From the NCBI RefSeq assembly GCF_018350175.1, contig NC_058373.1:112036001-112100000 (forward strand): a stretch of DNA of 64,000 nucleotides, in the 5' to 3' direction. A program made the position numbers and the translations under genes. Origin of the DNA: Felis catus (lineage: Eukaryota). A model generated the notes under the pieces. The model had not been told where the DNA came from. It saw only the letters and a list, made by a program, of their open reading frames with translations, and ran no database searches. This document shows, one piece after another, positions 24,254 through 36,952 of this stretch (positions are counted from its first letter, which is position 1; every line of letters starts with the position of its first letter).

Positions 24254-24478
24254 TTTTTTTAATTTTTAATGTTTATTTATTTTTGACAGAGAGACAGAGA
24301 GAGACAGAGCATGAGTGGGGGAGGGGCAGAGAGCAAGGGAGACACAGAATCTGAAGCAGGCTCCAGGCTCTGAACTGTCAACACAGAGCCCGACGCAGGG
24401 CTTGAACTCACAGCCCGCAAGATCATGACCTAAGCCGAAGTCGGACGCTCAACCAACTGACCCACCCAGGCGCCCCCC
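24254..24478 (-). mobile_element. Can-SINE
   Basis: TSD ccattcatt at 24245-24253 and 24481-24489. Confidence 0.95.
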
Positions 24479-24509
24479 CCCCATTCATTCATATTTAAAA
24501 TAAGGTGGA

Positions 24510-24690
24510 GGGGCTCCTGGGTGACCCACTCAGTTGAGCATTTGATTTTTCATATTGGTTCAAGTTGTGATTTAGCAATCATGGGATTGAGCTCCATGCT
24601 GGGCTCTGCGCTGAGTGTGGAACCTGCTTGGGATTTTCTCTCCCCCTTTCTCTCTGTCCCTCCCCCCCACAAAATAAATGAACTTTTAAA
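24510..24690 (+). mobile_element. Older Can-SINE
   Basis: TSD aaa(a/g)taag(g/a)tgga at 24497-24509 and 24691-24703. Confidence 0.9.
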
Positions 24691-24789
24691 AAAGTAAGAT
24701 GGAATAAAGTAATGGGAGAATAAAAGTTACCAAAAAGTAATAGCTACCAAAACATAGTTTCCATTAGCTCTCATCAGACCAGGACGGCA

Positions 24790-25260
24790 GATTTTGTTCA
24801 CTATAAATCCTGAACAAAATATTAAAAAAACAACTATCAGAAGGCATTGAAGAGTGACCCAAAGTAGCCAGATGTTGGAGAAGAGTTAACACCGGGTCGT
24901 TTCTCACTCTGTTACAGCTTCTAGCCTGAGAACAAGTTCCATTGAGTGGCAGGCAAAATGGTAAAAATTCTAATAGAGACCCCCAGGCTTACTGGCTTAA
25001 AGAATCAGAGTCCCAGGCAATGATAAAGTAAGGGACAATCTGGAAAGGAGAGATTCAGACAGCAGAAGCCCCAAACTTTGTGTACAAACTCCCACCTGTC
25101 TCTGGCTGCCGCCCATGTGCAGGCAGACCCTAAGCAGCTCAGCTGAGGCTGAAACACAGGACTGTGAATTCAGCTGCTGCCCACCATGGGAAAGATCGAG
25201 TCTTCAGTCTGAGTTCGGGTAAGTTCACTTCGGGATAATCTTTTCAAATAAACAATTAAT
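24790..25260 (+). mobile_element. Old L1M 5'-region fragment (L1MC-like)
   Basis: ataaatcctgaacaaaata..aactatcagaaggcattgaagagtgac..catgtgcaggcagaccctaagcagc recalled from L1M 5' ends. Confidence 0.45.
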
Positions 25261-28200
25261 TAGAAGAAACAAATATAGATAGAAGTGATACGAAGTTCAG
25301 AATGTGTAGGCCAGGCTTATGAACTTATGAACTTCTAAGGTTTAAGGGGGTCCTCAAACATGAGGATCTGTAAGCATTTCTTGTTCAGTTTCCCCAGAGA
25401 AGAAGCAGCCTGTCCCATGAGGGCCTGGTGGTCAGCATTTGAAGGGCAGGACAGGGGAGGGTGGCTGGAGGGCCCCCTCATTCGGAACGTGGGCATGTCA
25501 TTGACTCCCATATTCATCCTGTGTGTTAACTCCATCACCCATGATGCATGATGCTCTTGAGACCTGAACCTCTCCAGCATCAGTTTCTAAAGGGAGAAGG
25601 TGTGAGCCTTGGAGAGGAAGGTTTGGTTATCACCTCTCTGCAGGAACTGGGGAGGGACCTTGGGCTCCAATGCAACTTAGGCAGATTTTTAATCAACCCT
25701 TTGGCTCAGCCCATGTATCAGGCTCCTCGCACCTGTCTGGGGTTATGGGGTTGCTTCTCCTCTATAGGCACCGAAGCCATAGCTGTCCCCTCTCTGGGGG
25801 GCCAGTCACCATTCTTTCATGTGCTTTCTCTGCTTCAAAAATGCACTGATATCTTTCCTAGTTTCCCACGTTTCCTCTATCCTGTGCTTCATAACATTTT
25901 ATTCTATGAGAGTCACTTTAGGGAGCTCTCAGGAGGAAGAAGAGCTGCCAGCCTGGGTCCATCTGCCATGTTTCGTCCGGAGGAACTAGCATTTGGGAAT
26001 ATGCTGAGCACCCAGCACCTACCATCCCGGCATCGGGTGGCCCAGGACAGAACGCGACAAGAGTCTGACCAGCCCAGCAATGGCTGCCCTGGAAAGGCAG
26101 GCACAGACAGAGGGAGATTTAAAGAACCACCTTCAGGGGTCCAGAGCTGTCCTTTATATCTGTTTGAAGGAGGTAGCAGCAGGGGCTCGGGTTTTCAGCT
26201 CTAAAGTGTCTGATTTGTAGGCAAAGGAAAAGGAAACATAACCCATTTTCCTGGCAGGTTGTCGATGGATTAAAGCCGAGAGTGTCCTAATGTTCTAGCT
26301 GAACCTGCCCTCCTTTCCTGGTGTCCGCGTGATTTATGCCAGGGCCTCTCTCAGGTGACAGCTGCCTCTCTGTTCACCTGGGCAGAGCTTCTGGCTGCTT
26401 CCAGACTCCTTCTGAGGAAAGACAAAACAGCGTTTTTCACAGAACATGAGGGGCCACCTTGGGTCCAAATTTCTTTCCCAATTAAACTGCTAGAGAGAAA
26501 GCCGGCAGCCTCCCTCCCATCTGGATCTTTGGCAGTTTTCACAGATCTGGAAATGGAGCCAAACCTGCCTCACAGGTGTGTGAAGGCACAGAGATCTGCC
26601 AGGAACTGGGGCTGGCATATAGTGGGCAGCAAACCCAGACAGTGAGACGAGTGTTGGCTGGAACTGACAGCAGGAGTGAACTCCTGTGCTCACCTCTTCT
26701 TCCCCACAGACACACCACAGTGTCTGGTGTGCATAGTACAAGCTCAATAAAATTTTTTTTTAAATAGGACAGTGAATAAGAAGAGATTAAGTACCCGACT
26801 AAGTCCACCCAGCCGGTACCTGAGGGGAACTGGAAGCCAGGGCTGTCTGACTCCCACACTCCACCCATATCTGACCCAATCCCAACTTGAGTCTACCTGG
26901 ATGAGCCTCCCCACTGCTTCCTTAGCTAGCCAATTGTGAAGAGTTTTTCTACAACTTGAGCAGACTGACTGCGATGAATCGATACTCTTGGATCAAAGAC
27001 TGCCACCTTCCATCTTCAGGAAGGCTGCCTTCCAACAGTAAAAGAAATCAATCCCTTCTGTAGTTACCTTACCCGGTCCCTGGAGAGGATAAGGTGGCAG
27101 CCCCTGCCCAGATTCAGGTACTTCATCCAGCAGAAGACAGGGAGGGCATCTGCCTGGAGGCCTCAGCTGGGGCCTCCAGGGCACTTTCTGGAAGAAACAG
27201 AAACTGGAAGCCACTGAAGGATGGAAAACCCCTCCAGACATGAGCTGTGCCTACTCCAGCCTCTATGTGCCTGCAATTCTACCGGATGTCTTCCTGTCAT
27301 GATCAACAAACCACCCAACATGATGTCCCTGTGAGGGACATCTCTCATTCTGTCCTCACTTGGGAGCCAGAGAGGACCTTCCTTCCCTCAGCAACCCATC
27401 TCTACTTTCCCTGACAATGAACAACAACAGCCAGCCCCAAGCAACCCAAGCAACTCTTGGAAACCTCTGGAAGTGGGGAGAAGAGCATTAGTCAGTAACA
27501 TCCTTTCAAAAGAAAGGCTGGAAATCGCCTTCTCTTCAGCATCAGAAAAGATTCGTCTACCTCTCTTGTCCCTTTCCTTCCTACTCTTTCTCCTGCTGGC
27601 AGGCCATGTCTAATTGCTCCCAGGGAAAGGTCTCTTTACCATTAATCCGTTAAAGCACAGGATTGTTCTTCTGCTATTTCAGATGCCTGGAAAGCCTGAC
27701 CCTAACTTTGGGGGGGAAAATTCCCAAGGAGCAAAGCAATCATGCAATACAGATATAAAATAGGACTTATAGGGGGAAAGCTTACAAGCAGAAAAGCAGC
27801 TGAGCACATGTAACCCCTGGACTTCTCACCATCCCACGGCTCATGCCAAGTATAGACAGTCCACATGCTCCACACAAAATTCCCATCAAAGGGGCTCATC
27901 CCTAGAATGCTCTGTGCATTTGGAGGGGGCAGGGAATAGCTTTGTGACTGTAGCACAAGCAAAGCTCCCTGGTGGCCTTGTAAGGGATGGGACCTTGATG
28001 CCCAGTGGCCTGTCCATCTGTTGAGTTTATTCACAACCGCTGAACCAGCACCTGCCAAATTGCCAGGAAGAGGAGAGAATGAGCTTCTGGGCCATCTATA
28101 TTTGTCTCTGAAATCTTCGACTGGACACAGGGTCCAGGCAGTACCAGTCTCCCAACAAAGGGTCACTCAAAAGATGAAAATGCTCTTCTCTTTCAAAATC

Positions 28201-29538
28201 AAGGGGCAGCAGAGTCCCTCTCAGCTGCAACCGGGGAGCAAAGTCTTCAGCTTCCCTCATGGCCCACCTCTCTGCTCCATCCCTGTTTTTAGCACATCTC
28301 CCATCTGTGTCCCACCTCCTCCCTGGAAAGGAACTCAGTAACTCATTAAAATCTTACAATTAGCTGTGATATGTATCTTTTGCATAGCACCTTAGTGTCC
28401 ACTCTCATTTTCCATGCACAGTAATTATTTAATATATGCCTGGCAGGTACCAAGCACTACACGAAAGGTGGGAGTCCCTAGAAGAATAGAACTTAAATGT
28501 CGCCCAAGTGCCCATTCCCTGTGTGTCCCAAATTATCTAGGTCACCCTTCCCTTCAATTTGAAAAATGAAATGAATTGACTGTCCTTCCCTCACTCCATT
28601 ACACTGTAGGGTTTCTATGTGTTTCTGAAAGGGCTCATGTGCTCACGATCATCCCTCTATCTGACTTCCCTTCACCACTAAAGTCTCGGTCTCCTCTGAG
28701 AGCTTCCCTCTCCAAGCCACTGCTCCCTCAGTGCTCCCAGTCCCATTCTCACAAGATTGTTTGGCAGTACTTTCCCATTAGAACAAAGTCCAAGAGATAG
28801 TCCACAATTTTCTTTAGGACAAATTTTCCCCTCATTGAATACTGCTCATTGATACAAATAGGCCATTGGGAATCACTGGGATGTAGAGACTTGCATTGCA
28901 GTGGCATTTGCTATATGGGACTGCACCCATGTCTGAAATTTTCCATTGGCTTCAAATTGAATTTCTTTCCCCTGACCTTACAGAGAGTGAAACGCAATTG
29001 CCACAAAACATCATCATAATTTTTAATGATGTGGAGCTATCTACCTCCTCCTCCAAAAAAAAACAACCTGTCATAGGGTTCCAGGAAAATCTGATGAAGA
29101 CAGAAATTTATCTGGCATGTGCAATATTAGGAAAATGTACTGGCCTCATGATGCACATTGGCATCTCAGAAATAGCCAATATAACATCTCAAGCCTACCT
29201 CACAGTAGTAAATTTTGTCCCCAAATATATATGGGTCAGGTTCTTCCCCACATCATATTTTTGGTAATTCCCACCTCGTTCCACATTTCCCCAACTTCCA
29301 AAACAGCATTCTATAAAAAGCAGTAGCTGTGTTATTAAAAAAGATAGAAGGACAAGGCTTCAGATGCAGTTTGTACTTGATTCAAGAGTGCTTGTCTTCA
29401 GGCATAGTATCTGATGTTGTTATTGAAAAGTTCTTGGTCTCTTATGAGAATCTGTTGCCCACAGGAAAGGTCCTCAAAATGTTCACAAGCATTACCAATG
29501 TGCTGGATACCAAGGTTATCATTATATGTCCTTTCCAC

Positions 29539-29565
29539 CACACACACACACACACACACACACAC
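29539..29565. repeat. (CA)n microsatellite
   Basis: Direct observation. Confidence 0.95.
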
Positions 29566-30739
29566 TCCAATAAATTGTCCAACAAACGCCAAGTTCACAC
29601 AAATCCTAAGAATCATAGTTCAGACAATCTAGTACACTGAAGTCACAAAATGAGTCTATAAAACTCTCTAAGTAATCTACAGGGCAATGCAGAAAGTCAC
29701 TTGGGCAAGGAATTGCCTACCCCAAAAGCATTTATGCAAAGGAAATAAAAGGAAAGAGAATTATGGGGCAAAGCATGTATAAAATGTGTACTCAATTTGC
29801 TCCTGAAGCTTGGAATTTAGTATAATTTACCTCAATTAAGTTTGAGCATCTCACCTTTTAAGACCCTACAACCCATGTCACTTAACTTTGAGACGGCCAA
29901 CTACCCTTGAGTTCAGTCACCATCAAGAGCCTGATCATAAGAATCCAGCTCGTGCTGGCGGACAGCACGTGAGCAACTGCCAGTGTATGAGTCTGTGTGC
30001 GTGGGGTGCCTTCAAATCCATTTCAATTGGGCAGCTGCTTATCAAGACTTTTCCCCAGAAACCGATTTAGCCTAATGATTGTGAGTAGCAATGACTTTTG
30101 CTTAATTAGTACAGTAATCAGTGCAAATTCCCCCTAAATGGGAGAGACCCATTTGGCAGGTGCCAAGTGATATTTAAGCAGGTGCTAAATAGGTGTGAAA
30201 GCCTCACTTCTGGTCTTTCCCAGCTAGTTGCCAAATACATAAAGATGAAATGGGGTTCTAAGTATGCCTGGATGGATGAGTTGTCTAAAACTTCCCTCTA
30301 ATTGCTGGTAAGAGCCACCCTATCATCATCCCTTCCCCCAGTGAATCTTTGTGAAGGCAGAGACAACACCAGAAGCAGAATAGAGCAAAAATAAAGTCAG
30401 TAACACTTTGTTGTCTCTGCCTCTGATTCCCAGTGTCTCCTCTTTCCCAGCCCCCACTCAGAATTCCTTTCCTGGTCATGTGTCCTAACTTCTGTACTTA
30501 ACAGTGGAGCTGCTCCCATGTACCAAACAAGCCCAGGGCTACATCCCAGTCTGTACTGGGCAGTGAATTTATATTCCTGACTGAAGGAGGGAGTGAAGAC
30601 AAACCTTAAAGAGAAAGGATGTTCCACATATAGTCAGGTGTGTATGTGTGATCGACCCAAAAAATGTTCTCTTCATTATTAGGAAAAGTAACTTTTATGG
30701 AGTGCTAGACATAAGCCAGACATAAGCCCATGGGTTTAC

Positions 30740-31178
30740 TACTTAATGCTTCCCAACACCCAGTCCACCCCATGCTAAGACAACCTTGCATGGCATTTGG
30801 CTGCTGGCTATTGGTCCATGGGTGGGAGTGTGTCCTAAGAGGGTCCAGACAGATGGGATGGAGGTGCATGTATGCAACTCTGGGGAAGAGCTTTTTCTCT
30901 CCTGGCACTGGATGTGAGCAAGAAAGTATGTTGCCCTAGTTGCTGTTGATGACCCTCTTGTCAACACAAAAGGAGCCAGTCTGACAACAAAGCTGACAGT
31001 CAGAAGAGGACAGAGACCAGAGAACTGGAGGAAAGTTGAACTTGGTCCCAATTACATTCTATCTGGAGTCCTCTTTACCTCTGGACTTCTCCCTATGTGA
31101 GCCAATAAATTCCTTCATTGTTTAAGCACATTTGAGCTGACTTTTCTGTTATTTGCTGCTGAAAGCATCCTAATTAAA
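30740..31178 (+). mobile_element. MaLR LTR, MLT1J/K-like
   Basis: cctctggacttctc..tgtgagccaataaattcc..tttctgttatttgc..gaaagcatcctaa. Confidence 0.65.
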
Positions 31179-31194
31179 ACTCCAGCACTCTGGG

Positions 31195-31305
31195 GAAGGA
31201 ATTGTAATATCCATTTTACAGCTGAAGGACCTAAGTGCATTGGGGTTAAGTAACTTGGCCGAAGAATTGGTTGAATCAGGGTTCAAACTCAGGACTGCCT
31301 GGTAT
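31195..31305 (-). mobile_element. MIR
   Basis: ccattttacagctgaagga..ggttaagtaacttggcc..gggttcaaactcagg. Confidence 0.65.
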
Positions 31306-31374
31306 CTGGGTTGTCCAAATCATCTCCCCAGGAGTAAGAAGAGCCCGAGAATACCCTCAGGAGTGGCACTTCCC

Positions 31375-31766
31375 TGTGATGGTTGATTTTACCTGTCAAC
31401 CTGACTGGTCAAGGGGTGCCCAGATACTTGGCTAAACTTCATTTCTGGATGTCTGTGAGGATGTTCCAGATGAGATCAGCATGTGAATTGGTGGGCTCAG
31501 TAAAGCAGATTGCCTTCCCCACTGTGGGTGGGCATCACTCAATCCAGTGAAGGACTGAACAGAACAAAAAACTGATGAAGGGAGAATTTGTCCCTTTCTG
31601 CCTGTGTGTTGTCTTCTACCCTCAGACTGGGATTTACACCATCAGCTCCACTGGTTCTCAGGCTTTCAGATTTGAACTGAGCTATACTACTGGCTTTCCC
31701 AGGATATATCCCTAGGATGTATATGTCCTGTTAATTCTGTTTCTCTGGAGAACCCTGACTAACATA
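31375..31766 (+). mobile_element. MLT2 (ERVL) solo LTR
   Basis: tgtgatggttgattttacctgtcaacctgact ... ttctgtttctctggagaaccctgactaacata. Confidence 0.88.
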
Positions 31767-31899
31767 ATTTCTCACAGTTATTATTTTTAAATAGGTAAAT
31801 GATTTACTTGGAGCCAAGCTTGGAAAGTCAGATGAGCGGTCAAAGATGCTCAAGGATGAGCATCTTGAGTAAAGTTAGGGGACCTTTCCTGTGTGGCTG

Positions 31900-32065
31900 A
31901 AAACAGTCCTGAAGGAAGACTTTCCAGTACTTTTAGTGATGGTAGTATTGTCGTGAGAAGACAAAAATCTCCCAAGATGGCTACTTTGAAGGACTCGCTT
32001 GTTTCGATGCACATATTCTGGTATGTTTAAGAAATCACGGAGAAATCATTATCATTATCATAATC
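31900..32065 (+). mobile_element. MARNA-like mariner remnant
   Basis: cccaagatggctactttgaagga..ttctggtatgttt recalled from the MARNA 3' end. Confidence 0.5.
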
Positions 32066-32394
32066 CTATCTCCCTCACATTCAAGGGCTAGGCTTGAATC
32101 TCTGGAAACATCTGAATCCTCCCTTTCTCTCTACCTTTACTCACACATGAAGTCCAGAACAGTCTCATTCCATCAATGCATCCTGGGAATTCATCTTTTC
32201 CTTTCCACTCACCTCTACTTTCACCACAATCCCCTTTCTCATTTTTCTCCTCACACAGCAGCCACTTCACCATTGGCCTATTGTGATAGCTCCTCTACCT
32301 CCAGACTTTCCGCTCTGACCTCCTCACCTCCCCAAACAACTCCCATTATTCCAGCCTCTAAAAAGGCTCAGAAACCTGCCATGTAGCATTGTAC

Positions 32395-32670
32395 AAAAAA
32401 AATGAAGGCTTTGTCAGACAGACATGGGGCCAAATCTTGGTTGTGCTGTTAACTAGCTCTGTGACTTTGCAGAAGTTACTTAACTCTATTCAGCCTCATT
32501 TTTTTTTTGTCTTTAAAATGTAAGTAATAATAAGTAGCTCACTGGATTGTGTTAAAGTGTATAATGGGCAATGAATACTTACTGATTTAAAGAGAGTAGG
32601 TGAGATGGCATATTAAACATCAATGGCAGGACCAGGTAACTATTAGACATTCAACACTGCCACCAGTCAT
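32395..32670 (+). mobile_element. MIR
   Basis: actagctctgtgactttgcagaagttacttaactc..taaaatg. Confidence 0.6.
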
Positions 32671-32955
32671 CATTCATATTGTATTTACCATCCATAATCA
32701 CCATACCATATATGGTGACTGTCTCAGGGATCTAATTTCTTGGCTTGGCATTTAAGCTTTACCTGGATTCCTAGGCTTATGTTTCTGCCCTCTCTTACAT
32801 CAACACTTCACTCCAGTCATATTCTATTTGTTGTCTTCTAAATATAATTCATGCATTCCCAGCTCTAAATACTAGTTCCCTCTGTTACCCCTCCCAGAGT
32901 ATTCTTCCCATGCATTGCTACTCATCTAAATAGTATCCTTCATTGAAGGTCTTTA

Positions 32956-33183
32956 TTTATTTTTTTTTAAATTTTTTTCTCAACGTTTATTTATTTTTGG
33001 GACAGAGAGAGACAGAGCATGAACGGGGGAGGGGCAGAGAGAGAGGGAGACACAGAATCGGAAACAGGCTCCAGGCTCTGAGCCATCAGCCCAGAGCCTG
33101 ACGAGGGGCTCGAACTCATGGACCGCGAGATCGTGACCTGGCTGAAGTCGGACGCTTAACCGACTGCGCCACCCAGGCGCCCC
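32956..33183 (-). mobile_element. Young Can-SINE (SINEC_Fc-like)
   Basis: Many intact CpGs; perfect 16-bp TSD tcattgaaggtcttta at 32940-32955 and 33184-33199. Confidence 0.97.
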
Positions 33184-33661
33184 TCATTGAAGGTCTTTAA
33201 ATCACCCTATCTCCTAAGTCATCTCTGACTGTACCAGACCAGAGCAACTTCCCCATCCACTAAGCTTTTTCTCCACAACAAGCATCCACCACTTAGCCTA
33301 AGTGTGTCTTCCCAACTTGAGTACAAACCGCTTGCGGGCATAGAGCGAGCTCACCCTATACCTCTTGGATCCACATTTCTTAGCAAAGATCCAGCACATA
33401 GTAGGAACCAAATAAATCTTAACCATTATCATTAACCACTACAATGCAGTGAGGCTACAACAACTTTTTTTTAAAAATCACTATCTGACGCTATCAAGTA
33501 GGTATCAAGCAAAAATCTTCTATCCCAGATTTTTGAGTTTCTGGGTATGGGCATACATTTCCTAAGTTAGAATTACGATTCCATGAGCAGTTCATGTAAG
33601 TAGACCTTGAGAGAATTGGTATCCATAGAAGTTTGTCTTAGCACCACTTCTTCCACCTTCA

Positions 33662-33663
<2 letters not shown>

Positions 33664-33708
<45 letters not shown>
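33664..33708. repeat. (CT)n microsatellite
   Basis: Direct observation. Confidence 0.95.
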
Positions 33709-33712
<4 letters not shown>

Positions 33713-34744
33713 ATAAATATATTGATGTAGATATATATAGAGAGAGGTTTCAGTCATTCACAGGTGACAGTCCTGGAACCTTTGGGTGCATCAGTAACAG
33801 CAGAGCTGGCTCCTGTTTATTGACGATAAATCAGTATGGAGCAAAACTGCTGGGTTTCCACTCCAGGGAAAGGGCCACAGGAAAAATAAGTTAATAAAGG
33901 TGAAAATACTTTGTCCACTGTAAAACAGTAGCCTATGGATGAGTATTACAATTGTCATCACCATTGTTATCACCTCCCGATAATACTTAAATCACAGGAA
34001 TTCTCTTATGGGCAAGAGTTGGTCTTCTACTTCTTGGAATCCCCCCTACCACCTAAACTTAGTTTATTTTAAAATAGCTCACACTCTAGCACTTCTTTCT
34101 TCGTAGTGAACAACTAGAAAAAAAAAAACTTTGAAAAGTTTCGTTTATTAATAATACTCTCACGGAAAAAAATATATGAGAGCTTAGCTGTGAGTGAATA
34201 AATGTGTGTGTTATCAATGACCCAAATTTCTCTAGAAATACCTGGAAGGGACCCCCCCCCCTTCTGACAGTGTCATTAACAAGCTGTGTGCACTCCTTGT
34301 CTCCATCCATGGAGCTCCCCACCGTTGTGCAGGAATCTGCGATCTAGGATGAGCAGTTCCACCAAGCACAGATTTTAATGAGGGACTCTGCAATGGGACA
34401 CCATAGCTGCTGCTGCTTTTTACATTACTAGGGGCTGCTGATTGACACCACGGAGGCTTGCCAAGGTCTTGGGGCATGTGAAAGGGAGCGGGAGCTCTGT
34501 GCAGAGACTTTTTACATGTCGTTGACAGCCAGTGGGCGCAAGCTACACAAACACAGTTCCAGGCCACACAAAGTTTGCAAAAATTAAACTTATCTGGGTA
34601 GACAATACAAAATTAAACTTAATTTCATTCAGCTGCATGCTATTGCATTTCAGGAAAACAACAACAACACAACAAAACCTGTTTGTTCATGCAAACCTCT
34701 CTTCCCCCAAGCCAAAATTCTTCTAAATAAACTAACCAGATCCA

Positions 34745-34928
34745 AGATTTGGAGTCAGAAGTTCAGGATTTAAATCCCAGCTCTGTATCTTACTTATTAG
34801 TTGTGTGGTCATCAGGAAATCACTTAAATTCTAGAGCTGTCAGTTTCTTCATTTATCATGAGAACAATAAAAGTCATCTTTCAAAAATTTAATTCTCCAA
34901 GAGAAACTGTGAGAATTCAATGAGATAA
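34745..34928 (+). mobile_element. MIR
   Basis: ttggagtcaga..aaatcccagctctg..cagtttcttcat..tgtgagaattcaatgagataatg. Confidence 0.7.
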
Positions 34929-35300
34929 TGTTATCTTAGGTCAGGTCTTCCAGAAGTAGAACCCAAGACAGGATTCCTAGGCAGGTGAGTCAGCACAAAA
35001 TGCTCCCAGGAGAAACAGGCAAGGCAGTGGAAAGTCGAACAGGAAGAGGAAGAAACCAAGCTGGGGTGCAATTTCAGGCAAAGTTCCATCGACAGTTACA
35101 TCTGTCTGATCCCACGAGCAAACTCAGGAGCATAAAGTATGCATGCGTTTGTCCCAACTGGACCTTAAACTCTGTGTGTGGGAGGAGAGGCACTCCAGGG
35201 GCTGGGAGCAGTCTTCAGAGAAGGGAAGCAGGGGCGGCCTGATGGGAACAAACTTGCCCCAAAGCTGGGAGAGAAGTTTATATGTACTGATAGCAAAAAG
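34929..35300 (-). mobile_element. LTR16-like ERVL LTR
   Basis: tcttaggtcaggtcttccagaagtagaacccaagacaggattc..ctcccaggagaaac.. Confidence 0.6.
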
Positions 35301-36466
35301 GAGTCAAGAGCAGACCCCTGCCTGGCACACAGTGTGGCTGGATCTCAACCTACCAGTGGCAAAAGGTGCCTTATCTATTTCAGCTCACAAGATGGAATAT
35401 TCTATGCAACTAAATATCTAGAAGCCTGAAGGATTTTCTGAACTCTTGGCCCTGCCCCAAAGCTGCACATCCAAAGCTCTAGAGAGCCTCAAAACGGCTT
35501 CTTGGGAAACGATCAATATTTCTTCCTCATTGCCAGCCAGGCTGTAAGTGAGAAACCAAGATGAGGTTGACATTACAATAATGAACAGGAAGCAGTTCAG
35601 AGGAAATGAACTCAATTCTTCTTGAACTTTTGGAGATTTTTGGCAGAAGATGGAAAGGGGTCAGGAAATGATTCCAACCTTGTTAATAGACAAACCCCCA
35701 GAGTTGACTCTTGGGACAAATTTCACAAATCCTTAGTAAAGACCTCTCCAGCCACACTCCTGAGGCCAAATCAGCTTCAAACAACACCTAGGAAAGGCTC
35801 ATCAGGCATCCCCCCCATTGTCAGCAGTTCCTGTGGGGCATTTAATCTTTAAGGGACAGGAAGAGCCAAAACTGCAAAACTGAAAGAAGCTTAGATACAA
35901 CTTTTGATTTCATCAATCTCTGAAATCAGAATACCCCCCAAACCCCAGGGATCCTGGCATTTTCTCTCTCATGAGGCACTAAATTCGGAGATTTAGTGAG
36001 CTGATGAAAATGTGACCCCTCCTGCCTGAATGAATGACTTTCCAAGCATGTTAGTTGTTTCTTTCTCCAGGCAGAGGTGACAATGCCAAAACTATTCAGT
36101 CTTCCTGGAGACGAACAAAGAGAGAAGGCTGAAGCAGAACCCTGAAGCTCCACTTACAGCCCCATGTTATTGTTCTGGTTAACAGGTATTTATGGAGTTG
36201 CCACTGTACCCTGGGCTCCCTACTACATGCCAGGGGGCAAAACAAAGCTGGTTGAGGTGGGTCCTGCACTAAGTTCACTAGGGAGACCTGCACTGCACTG
36301 GTCCCTCCCTCCCTGGAGAGCTTACTGTCTTTGGATGCAATGTGTTTCAAGGAGGGGTGGCCTGAGGGAGGAATCCCAGAGCTGAGGAGGAGAGCAAGGA
36401 TGGAGAAAATCAGAGGGATTCTGAGCAGGGTTAGAAGCCAGCAGGCATGGACGAGTGAACCATGAA

Positions 36467-36493
36467 GCAGCAGCAGCAGCAGCAGCAGCAGCA
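36467..36493. repeat. (GCA)9 trinucleotide repeat
   Basis: Direct observation. Confidence 0.95.
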
Positions 36494-36820
36494 AAAATTC
36501 TTAGAGCAAAACGATTTCTCTCAGCATTCTTACCTCGAACCTCTTACTCAGCATTCTTACTAGAGAAATATCTGCCTTTGGGGGAGCACTTGGGAAAAGA
36601 GCTTCTGAGCTTCATTCCCTCCCCTCCTTACTCCCCCACAAGGCAGGAGAAGAGTCTCACCCAAGAGGCAAACCACACCCCAAGCCCCTAAGGATGATCA
36701 CAAAGATGGCTCACGATAAATGTGGAAGCAGATGAAAAGGAGAGACTCAAAGAGCAACTGAAACAACAACTATTTCAAGTCCAGAATCAAGGTGTAAAGG
36801 TGGGGAGGAGGCAGCAGAAA

Positions 36821-36952
36821 TGGTGGTGACAGTGCGTCCAAGATTTCTCAGGGCTGTGCTGGTTTTGCCTGTGGTCCTGACTTCATTCTTAATCATAGCC
36901 CCGTGACTCTCAGTATTGTCCCGGTTTAGACAATAAGTTATACAGTCACAAT
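36821..36952 (+). mobile_element. MER94-like hAT-Blackjack MITE
   Basis: ggtgac... tgtcccggtttagacaataagttatacagtcac. Confidence 0.65.

Noticed and set aside
25548..26204. Longest ORF in the window (218 aa)
   Set aside because: No recognisable domain, splice context or promoter; chance ORF in GC-richer sequence.
36096..36691. PolyLeu/polyAla ORFs resembling a signal peptide or TF tract
   Set aside because: Artefacts of the (GCA)9 repeat.
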